The notes: a model not told the origin generated them from the sequence alone. A DNA stretch of 64,000 nt from Callorhinchus milii (GCF_018977255.1 NW_024704742.1:71054001-71118000); one strand, 5' to 3'; shown: positions 36,151 to 55,910, counted from the stretch's first letter. Made by a program: numbers and translations.

Positions 36151-39100
36151 AAGAAAGAGAAAGATTTATTTATTTTCCACTCAGCAAAGGGAAGGACCAT
36201 ATAGTACGAGTAATATAATAATATATTGTGTATTATGTTGTTATATTGTACATTACTATAAAATAGCAACCCCCCAACACACACACACACCCACACACAC
36301 ACATATACCCACAAAAACTAATTGACATTTAATTTTAATTGATTTTCTTAATAAGGAGAGATTTTAAGAGTCTGATTGTGAGATTATGTATTATTGCCAA
36401 CCCCACTATATATCATGCAAACAGGACTCAATCAAAAAGAACTCACAAAGCATTACAATCCATCTATTTATGTGTAGAAACAGTTGTAAATAAAGTAAAT
36501 AGATTTTTTTGTAAATGACTCGTAAAGAATAGAAAAGTGACCACCCATTCACTTATCTTCCCTCCTCACAACTCAATTCAATAGTCTTTTTTTTATAGGT
36601 ATATTTTTTAAAAAAGTTGTATTATTACCGTGCATTTTCACCTTTTTATGTAAAAAATAATGATAGATACCAAGCGGCGTTGTACTAGCGAAATTTTAAG
36701 AATTTGTAACCCTGTGTGTGTGTGTGTTTTTTTGCTTAGAGACAATTATTGCAGTTATTGGGTCTCGTTTGGGGTTAGAGATAATTCTAAGTTTTAATAA
36801 TTGTAATAATAATAGTCCTTGTATTTGATATAGCGCCTTCTCAATTCTTCGAGGCGTCTCAAAGCGCTTCAGACGATACACTGTAAATTGCATTTTGCGA
36901 GCGAAACGTTAGAATTGTTATTATAATTCGTGCAAAAAAATCCCTTTTCTCTCTCTCTCTCTTTCTCTCTAAATCGTGTTTTAACAAGACAATTTAAAAC
37001 ACGATTTTTCCCATCAAAACGACCCCAAGCAGTTTCTTTTTCTCCATCTCTCTTTTCCTCCGTCAACGAATAATGTTAATCGTCTCAATCTTTTTCTTTA
37101 CACTGAGCCGCAGACGTTATCAGAGTTTGAATCTAAACAACAATAATTTTTTTNCCTATTAAAAGCATAAAAGCAAAGTAAAAAAAAAAACTCGGGGTGT
37201 TTTTCTCGCCTGTGTCAATCGACACACATCAAATCCGTTGAGAGCTATATCCACTTATATTTACTGCTATATTATTTACACATCTATTTGTTTTCGAGTG
37301 ATATCTAGAACACATGGGGAAATTATTGAGGGGTGTGTGTGTGAGTGGTGGTGGTGTGTGTGTGTATGTGTGCTGTAATTATCAATAATAACAATAATTA
37401 AAAGGGTGTGGACTACCACACCAGAGCGCTTTCTTTAACTGTGTCATTTTATTTGGGATCTAAAGATGTTTTCACTCAATGTCCCTGCACAACATCAACA
37501 CCGAGCAGAAAACATTAACTAACGCCAGCTTCAAGTAGCTGTCAATTTATAACATCTCCATATCTCCCCCACCCACCTTTTACACACACAAACACACACC
37601 CAAATGCGACTCCAATTCGCCGAAACGCATAAACAGACAATTCGCTGCGTTAATCGGCGTCTTACAGGTGGAACAAGTGAGCCCCGAGACAGAGAGACAG
37701 AGGGAGAGATAATAACTCTCACAGGGTTAATGTCTAATTTAATGTCACCCACTCACACACACAAATTATCTTGAGATGTGCTGTTTAGTCCACTATTAAC
37801 GAGTGTTCCTTCCTCCGTTTCAAGCTCATTCGTTCTCCCTTATTGGGTCTCTCTCTCTTTCTCTCTCTCTCTCTATATATATATATATAGATATATATGA
37901 AGTTAGCCACAAAATATACAGTCAATTCACTTTACAGAATATTCTGTAAAACGCTTTGAAACGTCTCAATGACGTGATGATATCAAATATAAGATTATTA
38001 GTATTATATATAGTATGTGTTTGGTGTGTGTGATGTTATGTAGTGGGTTGAATTGCTTCGATTCATACGGTTTAGAGGTTTCTCAGCTCATACCGGCAGT
38101 TGCACGACAAACCAATATAGAATGAATAAAACAGAGCGGAAAAATTAGTGCTACAAATAGATATATTAACCTCTTTTCTCTTTCCCCCACTTTCTCAGCA
38201 AACAGAGATACACATACACAGCTGAGCGCTGTAACAAATACAGTTTGGTTGCAATTTCATAACTCAATTGAAAGAGAGAGAGAGAGAGAGATTGTATGTA
38301 TAGCTCGCTAGGTTGTAAATTTAATTCCCTCGCTTGTACCGATTTGTAAATATGTTTAATTTAATTTCTGGTTCCCCCACCCCTCCACTCCTCCATCCCT
38401 CTCTCACGGTTTCTGTCTCTCACTCTCTCTTACCATCTCTCTCTCCTACCCCCCCCCCCCCCCAATCTTAAAAAAAAGGGATTTAGACACCATTTCAGGG
38501 GTCATTGAGTCAATTTCCATCACACAGACACGAAAAAGGAAAAACATTAAAAAAATGAAAAATAATGAGAGATTCGGGATTTTCTGGGGAAGGCTTGGGT
38601 GGGGTTGCAATTAACTATTAACTGTCTTGCTCTATAAATAGAGGTTACAGATCGTTCAATGAAGGTGTGCTGCACTTGTAGAGAGGAGAGAGAGGGGTAT
38701 TTTTGTGCAATATTTACCATCTGTTAGTTGTTAGTTTTCCCATCGTCAGGTGAACACCCGGGACTGGATGTTACAGACCTGTTTAACGCCTTGGGGAGGC
38801 GAGTGACAGTGTGGGTGGGTGGGTGGGTGGGTGGGCGAGAGAGGGAGAGAGAGAGAAAGAGAGAAAGAGAGAGCAATATCTAAAGGTCTGGAAATCAAAG
38901 AGATATCTTTGCATTTTCACACAGCTTGACCGTTCTGTTAGCAAAAAGCGGGTAGGTTTTTATTTTTATATGCACATATATATTTTAAATAACTTCTGTG
39001 TACATTTTAATGGGGGGTTAGTCTCTCAAAGGCGAGATCCCTGTGTGTGTGTGTCTCTGTGTGTCATTCAGCGCAAAAAAAAACTGCATCTAAGAGCCGG

Positions 39101-39454
39101 GGAGTGTGATTAATGCGGGTTTTATTTGAGAAAAAAAAGTTTTGGGGGAAGATAAAGCGGGTAGACAGTCAGTCACAGATATAATGGACAATTTTCTGCG
39201 TTGAAAACCCCTTCTCGCGTTTATTTGCAAGCAATAAAACTGAAATAAGGAAAGACGCGCAGAGAAATATATGTAATAACTTGGCCCCAAACTGTTATTA
39301 AACCGCATTAGACCCGTCAGGAAAGGCGAGAGATGGTTTGTATACATTTCAAGCTTATTTTCATTTTTAAAAATCGATAAAGTGAGAGTTTGTTCGTTTT
39401 ATTGTTTTCATCTTTTTCTCTCCCTTTCTCTCCCAAGAAATAAGACGAACAGAA

Positions 39455-39490
<36 letters not shown>

Positions 39491-40554
39491 TATATATATA
39501 TAATCGTTGGCTGTGCAGCGCTCAGGTAACAGGCAAAATATAAAATGATTCTTAACAGTTATATGCAACCGATCTCAGTGTTATTGTAAGAGTTTTGTGC
39601 TTATTTCTGAGGGGGAGGGGGGCAAGATATAAACCCAGGCTCTCACTGATAGCGGTGACCTCCCCTCTCCCCACAAGTGCTGAGCAAAAAGGATTTATTT
39701 ATGCGCTGATTTCGCTCATAATTTTGATTGCATTATTTCTCAGTGAGGTCAAATATGCCTTAAACATTGCTACCGCTTCCTCACTGTCTAATTTCCTTCC
39801 CGGTTATAACACAGGGGAGGCGATTGTGGGCAAAAGAACACCGATTTTGTTCATTTTTAATATTTTCAAGGAGGTTCAGGGAGAAGAGAAGGTGAGATGT
39901 GACAATCATTACCCGTTTGTAGTGTGTCTCTGTGTTCATTTCTCGAGAGAGAGAGAAGGAGAGAGAAAAAGAGAGAGAAAGAAAGAGAGAGACAGAGAGA
40001 GAGATGAGAGAGATATGGCCGAGAGAGAGATTACCTTAAATCACCATACTAAATCTGAACATGCTATCAGAATTAATGTCAGATCAATTAAAGATATATA
40101 TATATATATTATATTTTTCAATCAAGTTATTTTATTTTAAACTCGTTTAATTTTAATTTAAAACTTATTTTATTTAAATTTTTATTTTAAATCGCCCAAA
40201 ATTAGATCCATCTGAACTATTTATTGAGGTCCGTTTGCTGTGTTCCTGTTACCGTAGTTAGAGACGAGACGCAGATTAAACAATAATAAATATAAACCAT
40301 TAAAAAGTCATTAGTAAATGGGGAGGGTTAAATAATATCAATAATTTTCCCTCACTACACTTTACAGTAAATCCGTGAAAAGACGCTGTGTGAAATGTAA
40401 AACAAATTGTTATTAACATTACTAACAAAATAATTTAACCTAAATATGTTTGATGGGGAAAAAAATCCCGATTTGCGCTCAAATAAAAAAAATCCTTCGG
40501 GATTGATCGGTGTAACCACCCAAATACTTAGGTGTGGAGCAGCGTAGAGATGTC

Positions 40555-40920
40555 TCCCTCCGTCCCTCCCTCCCCCCCTCCCTCCCTCAATCACTCACTC
40601 ACTCACTCACTCACCCATTCACTCTCTAACTCACTCTCTATCCCCCTCCCTCCCTCCCTCCATCCATCCACCCCTCACTCCCTCACTCCCTCACTCACTC
40701 ACTCACTCACTCACTCATTCACTCACTCACTTTAAGTCTCTCTCCTTCCCTCCCTCAATCACTCACTCACCCATTCACTCTCTAACTCACTCTCTATCTC
40801 CCTCCCTCCCTCCTTCCATCCCTCACTCCCTCACTCATTCACTCACTCACTCTTAATCCTTCTCCTTCCCTCCCTCAATCACTCACTCACCCATTCACTC
40901 TCCCTCCCTCCCTCCCTCAG
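40555..40920. repeat. (CACT)/(CCCT) low-complexity array with three higher-order repeats
   Basis: CCCTCCCTCAATCACTCACTCAC recurs at about 40580, 40748 and 40868. Confidence 0.85.
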
Positions 40921-42549
40921 TGTGTGAGTTACACGGGCTCAGTGATGGGAGTGTGTGTGAGTGAGTGGGAGGGGGAGAGAAGAGTAAGAGTGTGTGAGTG
41001 AGATTGACCGCGCTCTGCATTTGCTCTGACCTTATCTTTTCATTGGGCTTTAGAGAGAGAGAGAGAGATAATAATAATAATAATAATCCTTGCATATGAT
41101 GTATCGCCTTCACAGAAAGTACTGTAAAGTGAATTGACTGTATATTTTGTGGGTGAAACTTGTCTAAGGTTTTTCCCCACATGGGAACCGAACCCGGGTC
41201 CAATCACTACACTACAGGACTCCAGAAATCCCATTAAAATCCCTTTCATATTTTATATAGCTTCATTGATTGATATTATCAGATAACATGTACCCGTGTA
41301 TTATAATGTAGCCATATGTTTTACATAATATTTATTGCACATAATAAAACAGGCTGATATTAACTATATGTTGTTCCACTTTTCTTTTAAGTTGATCAGC
41401 CTTTCCAGAGTAAATACTTATGTATATTTATTTTGCTGAATTTAATTATTTTTTGTACAGATGTTTGCAATTTTTAACGCAGTTATATAAATATAAGTGT
41501 GTAAAGCCTAACACAAACAGGGAAAGTTAAATAAATAGCGAATCTCCTTAGGCAGAGCCAAGTAAAGGGGGAAATTGTGAATTGTTTTCAACCTGTTTAT
41601 TATCCTGAAAAGGGAGATGCTGATATTAAGGGACTGATAACGATATATATATCAAAATATTATTTATTAAATAAATCGCTCTTTATTTCTGTTTAAGTGT
41701 GTGTTACAGTATCCGGATCCGGGGATTAATGGCACACACACTCACACATAACTACACATACACAACTACACACACACAGCAAACATTCACATACACACAC
41801 TCACACATAGCTACACATACACAACTACACACACACACACACACACAGCAAACATTCACATACACACACTCACACACAGACACTCACACACTCACATACA
41901 CACACAGCTACACACACAGAGGATACACACACAGCATACACTCACATACACACACAGCTACACACACACACAGAGAGGATACACACACAGCATACACTCA
42001 CATACACACACAGCTACACACACACACACAGAGGATACACACACAGCATACACTCACATACACACACAGCTACACACACACACACACACAGAGGATACAC
42101 ACACAGCATACACTCACATACACACACAGCACACTCAGACACACAGCTCTACACACACAGCATACAGACATACCGAACTATGCAGACAGACAGACAGACA
42201 GACAGACAGATACAGACACACGGAGCTCAGACTGACACAGACAGACACACAGATACGAGTGTAGAGAGGCAGACACACACGCACACAATACACACACACG
42301 GAGCAGACATACATAACATAAACACGGATGGACACAGGCACACACACAGACTCATACACCCGCACACAGATATGCACAGCAGCACAGAGACACGCACACA
42401 TAAGCTCTCTCACACATACACACAGCACACACACACACACAGGCAAACATTGGTAGGAAAGTCTGCTTGAAGACAGACAACATCTTAAAACAATATGCTG
42501 TCAGCAGCTCCTGTTTGTAACTTGGCGCCGTGTAACCCACACTCCCTCC

Positions 42550-43432
42550 CAGTCACTGTAACACACACACACTGACACACACACACACTGACATACACAC
42601 TGACATACACACTACCCCCAGCTCCCTGTCACTGTAACACACACACACTGACACACACACTGACATACACACTGACATACACACTGACATACACACTGAC
42701 ATACACACTACCCCCAGCTCCCTGTCACTGTAACACACACACACTGACACACACACACACACTGACATACACCCTGACATACACACTACCCCCAGCTCCC
42801 TATCACTGTAACACACACACACTGACATACACACACACTGACATGCACCCTGACATACACACTACCCCCAGCTCCCTGTCACTGTAACACACACACACAC
42901 ACACTGTAACACACTCTCTCTACATGTCATACACACTACCCCCAGCTCCCTGTCACTGACACACACACACACTGACATACACCCTGACATACACACTACC
43001 CCCAGCTCCCTATCACTGTAACACACACACACTGACATACACACAGACATACACAGACATACACACTACCCCCAGCTCCCTGTCACTGTAACACACACAC
43101 ACACAGACATACACAGACATACACACTACCCCAGCTCCCTGTCACTGTAACACACTCTCTCTACATGTCATACACACTACCCCCAGCTCCCTGTCACTGT
43201 AACACACACACAGACACACACACACTACCCCCAGCTCCCTGTCACTGTAACACACACACAGACACACACACACTACCCCCAGCTCCCTGTCACTGTAACA
43301 CACACACACACGACACACTCTCTCTACATGTCAACACTACCCCCAGCTCCCTGTCACTGTAACACACACACACAGACATACACACTACCCCCAGCTCCCT
43401 GTCACTGTAACACACACACACACACACACACA
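42550..43432. repeat. minisatellite with constant core CTACCCCCAGCTCCCTGTCACTGTAAC and variable AC-rich linkers (mirror copy at about 53450-54470)
   Basis: About 13-15 cores per copy. Confidence 0.92.
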
Positions 43433-45491
43433 CTAGTCCCCGCTATTGGCCGCTCAGCACAGCCTATCCCAGCCCCAGCAGTGTGCTGGCCAGTCCCTGG
43501 TCTGTGCCGGGATAGTGAGGTGGGGAACACCACACAGGACCTGCAGAAAGTTTACAGACTGTATTTACCCCCTGACACCCACCCTCCACCGCCCCACACA
43601 CATACACTCACTCCCTCTCATACACACTCTCTTCCTCACGCTCTCTCATGCTCTCTCATACACAAACTTTCACTCCCCTCTCTCTCACACTCACTCTCTC
43701 TCTTACACAACAACAACAACAACAAAATTTATAGAGCGCCTTTCACGTCGGGAGGATGGCCCAAAGCGCTGAAAAGTCAGGTGTTGGGGCATTAGCATGA
43801 GGGAGGGGTGGTGTAGGGGTGAGGGAAGGCAGAGAGGTGGGAGGGAGACCAAAGGCACGATCGAAGAGAAGGGTCTTGAGACCGGCCTTGAAGGACGCAA
43901 GGGAGGAAGCGACACAGACTCCTTTCCCCTCTCTCTTTCTCACACTCATTCTCTCTCACACACACACTTCCACTCCTCTCTCTTTCTGACTCTCTCTCTC
44001 TCTCACACATGTACTTCCGCACCACCCCCTCGCAATAATCCAGAAAGAGACGAAAAAACACTTTAATTATAAACATAATTCCTGTTAATTTTCATTTGTG
44101 GTTTGGATTTAGGAAACCCAAACTTACCTGACCCAAAAGGTTTTTTCCTACCCCGCCCCCACAAAAATAAAGGTACATTAATCATTTCAAAAATTATATT
44201 TGATCCCAAAGAGAAAACTCTGCTGGTTAAATTTATTATCATGAATAATAAGTTTTTCCCACAAAATATAGTCAATATACACTATTCTGCGAAGCGCTTT
44301 GAGACATCTCAATGACGTGATAAGGTGCTGTTTCAAATGCAAGGATTATATCCTATAATAATTACGTCTATAATAATATTTTTTTTGCTCAGCCAAGTAT
44401 CTGACACATGCGGAAACTCATTATCATGCTTAAGGGTATTCAAACCAAACTGATTATTATTCTTAACTGTTTTTATTAATAATAATAATACTTGTTTGTC
44501 AGAGCCTGCAAAACGCAGAGAAGCGTCTCAAGAAAAGCAGCGAGCAACATGTTCGGTGTAGTGCAGTGACTGTTTTTTACGTAGAGAAAGTGGTGGTTAA
44601 AAAAAAGGGATGTAAACTATAAAAAGAAGGACTTGATATATTTTAAAAAATAACTTTGCAAATCACTGTTGTTTAAGCAGCTGTTTAATCGTTGTGCATG
44701 TGTGTGAGAGAGGAGGGGAGGTATATTGAACAGGGACAACCACCTCAGCAGTCACTTACCCCCCTCCCCCCACCTCCCTCAAACCACACCCCACCCTCAA
44801 TCTGGGCTGTAACAAATGGGAAATAAATAGCCTTGAATGGGAATTGGAGTGTCTCTCCTCTGCTATCGTTCCCCTGTGAGCTGCCCATTGATATAATGAT
44901 AGATGTGCCTTATCAGCGATGCTGTGAGATGGGCTGAGTCTGTCCTGGCGCATGTTGTTTCCCTGCGTTAACATATGGGCCCATTCATGTCCCATTGTAC
45001 CTGATGGAGACTAACACAGGACAGCGGGTAATCAGATCAGACTGTAACAGCACTGAATAAGATCACTCTCTCGCTCTCTGTCTGTCTGTCTGTCTGTCTG
45101 TCACTCTCGTACACACACACACACACATCCCCAATCTTTCTCTCAGTCACTCCCTCTCACTCTCTCACATGCACACATCTATCTCTGATATACACCACTT
45201 CCCTCTCTCTCTCTCTCTCTCTCAACACTCTTTCTCCTTCAAACACACATTCCTCCTCCTCCTCCTCCTCCCCCCTCCCACTCACTCACTCACTCACTCA
45301 CACTTCCATCATCTTCTCTCACATTCTCTCTCATACACACACACACACTTCCCTCTCTCTCTCTCTCTCTCTCCCTCTCTCTCCCATTTTGGGCTCCCGG
45401 TGGGGAAAACATTTGAGGCATTCGATGTAATATTTATCGAATGTTGCATTTGTGACCCCCCCCCCCCCCTGTATTTCTATGTCAAAGTCAT

Positions 45492-45522
<31 letters not shown>

Positions 45523-45704
45523 CACACAAGGGATGTGAGAACACCTTCACACACCTTCCTCTCTCTCATACACACATACCCGGGACACATACACTATGTC
45601 TCACTCTCTGTCTGCTGCCTCGATTCCGCATTATTAATACTGTACCAACCAAATTATTTTGCAATTTAACGAACTGAATAGCAAACTTAACCCCTCTACA
45701 AGGC

Positions 45705-45940
<236 letters not shown>

Positions 45941-46176
45941 GTCGCTAGGTTGATAATGCTTGATAATGCATAGTCGCAGTTTAACCTCTTCACTCCCCTT
46001 CCTCTCTGGGCTCTCAGAGGGACACAGCATTTCCCAAATTTCACATCAGCCACAGTTAAACCCAAGCAGTTTATTACGATTAGCGAGGGATCCGTTCATA
46101 GTAGCTCTGGGCACATTGCTTCACCCCGGGGCATCAACACTCAATGCTGTCAACCTTCTTCACCCCCACCCCCACA

Positions 46177-46211
<35 letters not shown>

Positions 46212-46396
46212 CACTTGCAGATGCAAATTCTGCCTTCAACATTTGTCCTGTCTAAAAAAAAGTCAAACGTGTGATTTGCAAACTGTGTGATGGAGAGAGA
46301 GAGAGAGGACAGTCACTGAGCGTCAATCATCAATAAAGGAAAGTAGATGGGAGAGAGACAGAAAGAAAGAAGGAAACAGAGAAAGAGAGAGAGAGA

Positions 46397-46441
<45 letters not shown>

Positions 46442-46453
46442 AAAAAAAAAAAA

Positions 46454-46516
<63 letters not shown>

Positions 46517-47399
46517 TTGATACATACAGAGGTGAATGGGCAGATACCTTATAGGGAGAGACCTAGATAATTGGTGCATCTGGATCTCTCTTACACATCA
46601 ATTCTAATAATAAAAAAAATCATAATCCTTGCATTAGATATAGCGCATCATCATTTCATTGAGACTTCTCAAAGTGCTTCACAGAATATATTGTAAAGTG
46701 GATTGACTGTATCTTATGGGTGAAACACAGCAGCCAATTGTGCACAGCAGTGTCCCACAAACAGTACGGTTTGAGTGACAAAATTATTAATTTTTCAAGG
46801 GATTATTACCCCCGAAAAGTGATCCACCAATCGACTAACAAATGGGTTCCTATTTAGCACTAGGTAAACAATGCAAGGATTACTGCAATTGTTATTGCAT
46901 TATTATTTGTCCTATATCCTCAGCGAGCCACACACTGACTGCGCACAGAGAGCAAACCCAGTGTTATTATATACATAAACCTCTGCTGATCATTATCATT
47001 CTTCACTTTATCTGTAGATTCAGGGAATTGTAAAATAAGGACATAAATAATGAACAATGTGCCGCAATTTTGAGAATTATGCTGAATTCAGCCTTAAACC
47101 AATTTTATCCTTTATTGAAATGTCGAGATAGTTTTCCACCTATTTGCTCAAACTAATTACAGAGCGGGCTTTAATAAAATGTTTACTGATCTGGGTTTAA
47201 TCTCAACGTGGTGAATTATTAATCACCTTGGCCTCCGACAGCAATTCCTCTGATCGTTTCAGTCAGGAGCTTCTCGCAGAATTGAAATCAAATGATATTA
47301 AATTGCTGACGTTCAAGAATAAAGAATTGCCGGGGTGTAAGGCACAGAAATCTTTAAAGTGGGCTAGTCTGTACAATGTAATGCAATACATAATAATAC

Positions 47400-48097
47400 A
47401 ACAATAATTATCTTTGCATTTGATATAGCGCCATATCACGTCATTGGGGCGTCTCAAAGCGTTTCACAGGATATACTGCAAAGTGGATTGATTGTGTATT
47501 TTGTGGGCGATACTAGGCAGCCAATTGCGTACAGCAATATCCCACAAACAGTCCTGGATTGAGTGAACAAATTATTATTATTTTTTGAAGGGATTATTAT
47601 CCCCGGAAAGTGATCAGCCAATTGACTAACAACTGGGTTCCCACTTACTGCTAGGGAAACAGGCATATGGAGTCCTGTAGCTCTGTGGTTAGAGCACTCG
47701 CTTTGCAAGCGAGAGACCTGAGTTCAATTCCAGGCAGGGCGAAACCTTGGGCAAGTTTCCTTACTCCACACACAGCCTAATAATAATCCCTCCAAAAACC
47801 GAAAACAATAATAAATTGGTCATTTTCAATCTACCACTGTTTGTGGGACATTGCTGTGTGCAATTGGCTGCCGCGTTCGCCCACAAATATACTGTCAATT
47901 CACTTTACAGTGTGTTCTGTGAAGCGCTTTGGGACGTCCTCCTGATGTGAAAAGCGCTATATCAAATGAAAGGATTATTATTATTAATAATTATTATATG
48001 GAGTAAGGAAACTTGCCTAAGGTTTTGCCACGACCAGGTATTGAATCCAGATCCTCTCTTGCAAGAAGTGTGCGCTATCCTTTGCTACGGGATTCCA
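47400..48097. mobile_element. older SINE (-) split by a young SINE (+, 47668-47995)
   Basis: ATATGGAGT is duplicated at 47665-47673 and 47996-48004. Confidence 0.85.
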
Positions 48098-48339
48098 GAA
48101 AGGTGATGATGAGGAGGAATTAAGGCAGGGACTTCCAGAGGGTAGGAGGATAGCGGTGGAAAGTACTGTCACCAATGATGGTGCAGTGGGGTCTCAGATG
48201 TTCTGTGTTAGCTGAGTGGACTGGGACGCCAGAGAGATTCTCAATTTTCTTGATTTCATGCAAATTGGGAAGTGAGTAATAATTGTAAGAATCCTTGCAC
48301 AAAATAAGAATTTTGTACAGCCATGGGCAGCCACTACCC

Positions 48340-48700
48340 TGATCAGTCAGGTGTTGACACATGCAGAAATCCTTTACCATGCTCAAGAGTATTGAAACCA
48401 GACTGAAAATTTCACCTATGTATGTTAATTACACATGGAAATGTCCCTGTAACTGGAATGTGCACTCCTTCCCTAGGGGATACATCCTATTTACCAACTT
48501 CTGGAGAGTATTAAGTTGGCAAGAGCCAAGTCTTGGGAGACCCTAGAGTGTGCGTTGGGATAATTGTTGGATTTTAATGAGTTAAAACCACATACTGAGG
48601 GCACTTTCTGGCAAACTTTCTCACTGCTTGTCCAGCTAGGACCACCCTACCAGTTAGGGGTTTGGTTTGCAGGGTTAACAGGAGCTGAGTGGGAGGATTC
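48340..48700 (-). mobile_element. family X copy with one of the longest 5' extents
   Basis: Shares CCTGCAAACCAAA...GGTGGTCCTAGCTGGACAA with 1330-1375, plus the family core. Confidence 0.7.
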
Positions 48701-48817
48701 CCTGCCTCCATTAGCTGGTCTTCCCTTCCAGGTCCTCTCAATGAGCCCTGGAGTATTGCCTGCCTAGCTCAGGAACTGGTCTAGAGACTGTCAGAAAGGG
48801 TGGACTTGATTCTGAAA

Positions 48818-49205
48818 TGGAGTCCTGTAGTGTAGTGGTTAGAGCACTCACCTCGAAGTGAGAGGACCCGGGTTTGATTCCCTAGTGGGGCCAAACCTTA
48901 GGCAAGTTTCCTTGCCTCTGTTTACCCAGCAGCAAGTAGGAACCAGGTCTGTAGTTCATTAGCGGGTCGCTTTTCCGGGGGTAATTATCTTTCAAAAAAT
49001 AATAATAATAATTTAGTCACTCACTGCACGACTGTTGGTGGGACAGTGCTGTGCTTAATTGGCTGCTGCGTTTCGCCCACAAAATATACAGTCTATTCAC
49101 TTTACAGTATATTCTGTAAAGCGCTTTGAGACATTTCAACAACTTATATTACAACAAATTATCAACAACGTGATAAGGCGCTACATCAAATGCAAAGCAT
49201 TATTA
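48818..49205 (+). mobile_element. tRNA-headed SINE
   Basis: Head TGGAGTCCTGTAGTGTAGTGGTTAGAGCACTC and the family tail. Confidence 0.85.
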
Positions 49206-49938
49206 TGCAAAAATGTCACCTTGGAGCCAGCTAAGTTCTGAGGAGACCCCATGAACCTTGCCCCCACCCACATACACACACACCCAAGGACAATAGTCAC
49301 TGGTTGGTAGTGTTCGAACAAGAAGCTTTGAGTGCGGAGAGGGTGGGTTGGAGGGGCCTGGGAGTGAGGCACGATTGTTCTGTCTCTGATCGTGACCGAG
49401 CACTCAGGGAAGGTCTTGGAGGTCGGATCAATAAACTCGTGTTACTAGAGAAAATAAATTACAGAGAAGTTGTAAAGGGGATGAGGAAGGGGGAAAAAAA
49501 CACAACAGCAAATTCCTGGTATGATAGCGGAGTTTAAACTCTCTGCCAAATGGCAAGAGAGTGGTTTTGATTACACCGTAGAAAAGGTCAGGCAATAATG
49601 AAAATTAAGGGGAACTTTTTCCAATGGAAAGTTTTATTGTTTTCGAGCACCTGCATCCAAGACTTGAATTCCACAAAGGCTTATAAAAAAAATCCCATGT
49701 TAACCTTCAAAAGGCCTCCGCCTCAGCTCGTGTTCAGACCTGATACCTTATTGATTCCTTTTTTTCTTCTGTGTTTAATTAACTTTTTTTCCCTTCTCTA
49801 CCTCCCCCCCTCCCTCCTCTGCTGCGCTATCATGTCCCCACCTCCTCGCCCACCCCTCCCCCTCTTTGTTCCCCATTCCTCCAATTGCAAGACTCTCTTC
49901 CCCGTGCCCCCTCCCCCCCACACCGCCCCCGCTCACCC

Positions 49939-55062
<5,124 letters not shown>

Positions 55063-55087
55063 NNNNNNNNNNNNNNNNNNNNNNNNN
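55063..55087. other. assembly gap (25 N)
   Basis: Run of N. A single N also occurs at 37154. Confidence 0.99.
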
Positions 55088-55740
55088 GTCCCGAAGCCTG
55101 GTGCGGGACAGTACACGAGCTGCAGAGTTCTGAATGACCTGCAGTGTGGAGGGAGGTGGCGGGAAGGCCGGCGAGGAGAGAGTTCCCATAGTCCAGCCTT
55201 GAGGTGACAAAGGCGTGGACCAGGGTTTCAGCGGCGTGAGGGGTGAGGTAGTGCTGTAGTCTGGCGATGTTCCGGAGGTGATGGAAGGCGGTGCCAGTTG
55301 TGGTGCGGATGTGAGGGAGAAAGGACAGCTCAGGGTCGAACAAAACGCCGAGGTTCCTGACTGGCTTTGAGAGGTGGAGAGTGCAGCCTTGGATGCTGAT
55401 GGTGTCAGCGCCTGAGGTGCGGAGGCACTGACGTGAGCCAATCAGGAGGGCCTCGGTTTTTCGCACGTTGAGCTGAAGAAAGTTGTCTCTCGTCCAGGAC
55501 TCGATGTCGGACAGGCAGACTGTCAGGACATCAGTGGTCATGGAGTTGAGGGTAGAGGAGGAAAGGTAGAGTTGGGTGTCATCCGCATACATGTGGAAGT
55601 TAACCCCATGTCTGCGGATGATGTCACCACAGGGGGAGCATATAGAGGGTGAAGAGGAGGGGACCAAGGACAAGAGCCCTGAGGGACACCACATGAGACA
55701 GTGCGGGGGACAGTGACAGTGACAGTGACAGTGGCGGACC
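55088..55740 (-). mobile_element. L2-clade LINE reverse transcriptase fragment, relatively intact
   Basis: GVPQGS, FHMYADDTQLY, NFLQLNVRKTEALL, VRNLGVLFDPELSF, LVHAFVTSRLDYGNSLLAGLP. Confidence 0.92.
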
Positions 55741-55910
55741 ACATTTTCAATACACATATAGATGATGGAATGGAGGGCACAGACAAGTAGGAGACCGTAG
55801 CCAGTCAAGTAGAGGCAATGGGTCGTGGGTTAGGGAGTAAGCAGGTCGGAGAGGTAGGGAGTGCCAGGACATGAAGGGATTTTATTTTTTAAATTATATT
55901 TAATAATTTC

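Noticed and set aside
42550..43432. CRISPR-like look: constant ~27-bp core separated by variable spacers (mirror at 53450-54470)
   Set aside because: The spacers are low-complexity AC/ACAT repeats related to each other, there are no cas genes, and the context is vertebrate. It is a minisatellite.
47668..47745. Apparent tRNA-Ala/Val genes (also at about 5083, 11350, 48818 and elsewhere)
   Set aside because: There is no proper acceptor stem, and each continues into a SINE body and tail. They are SINE heads.
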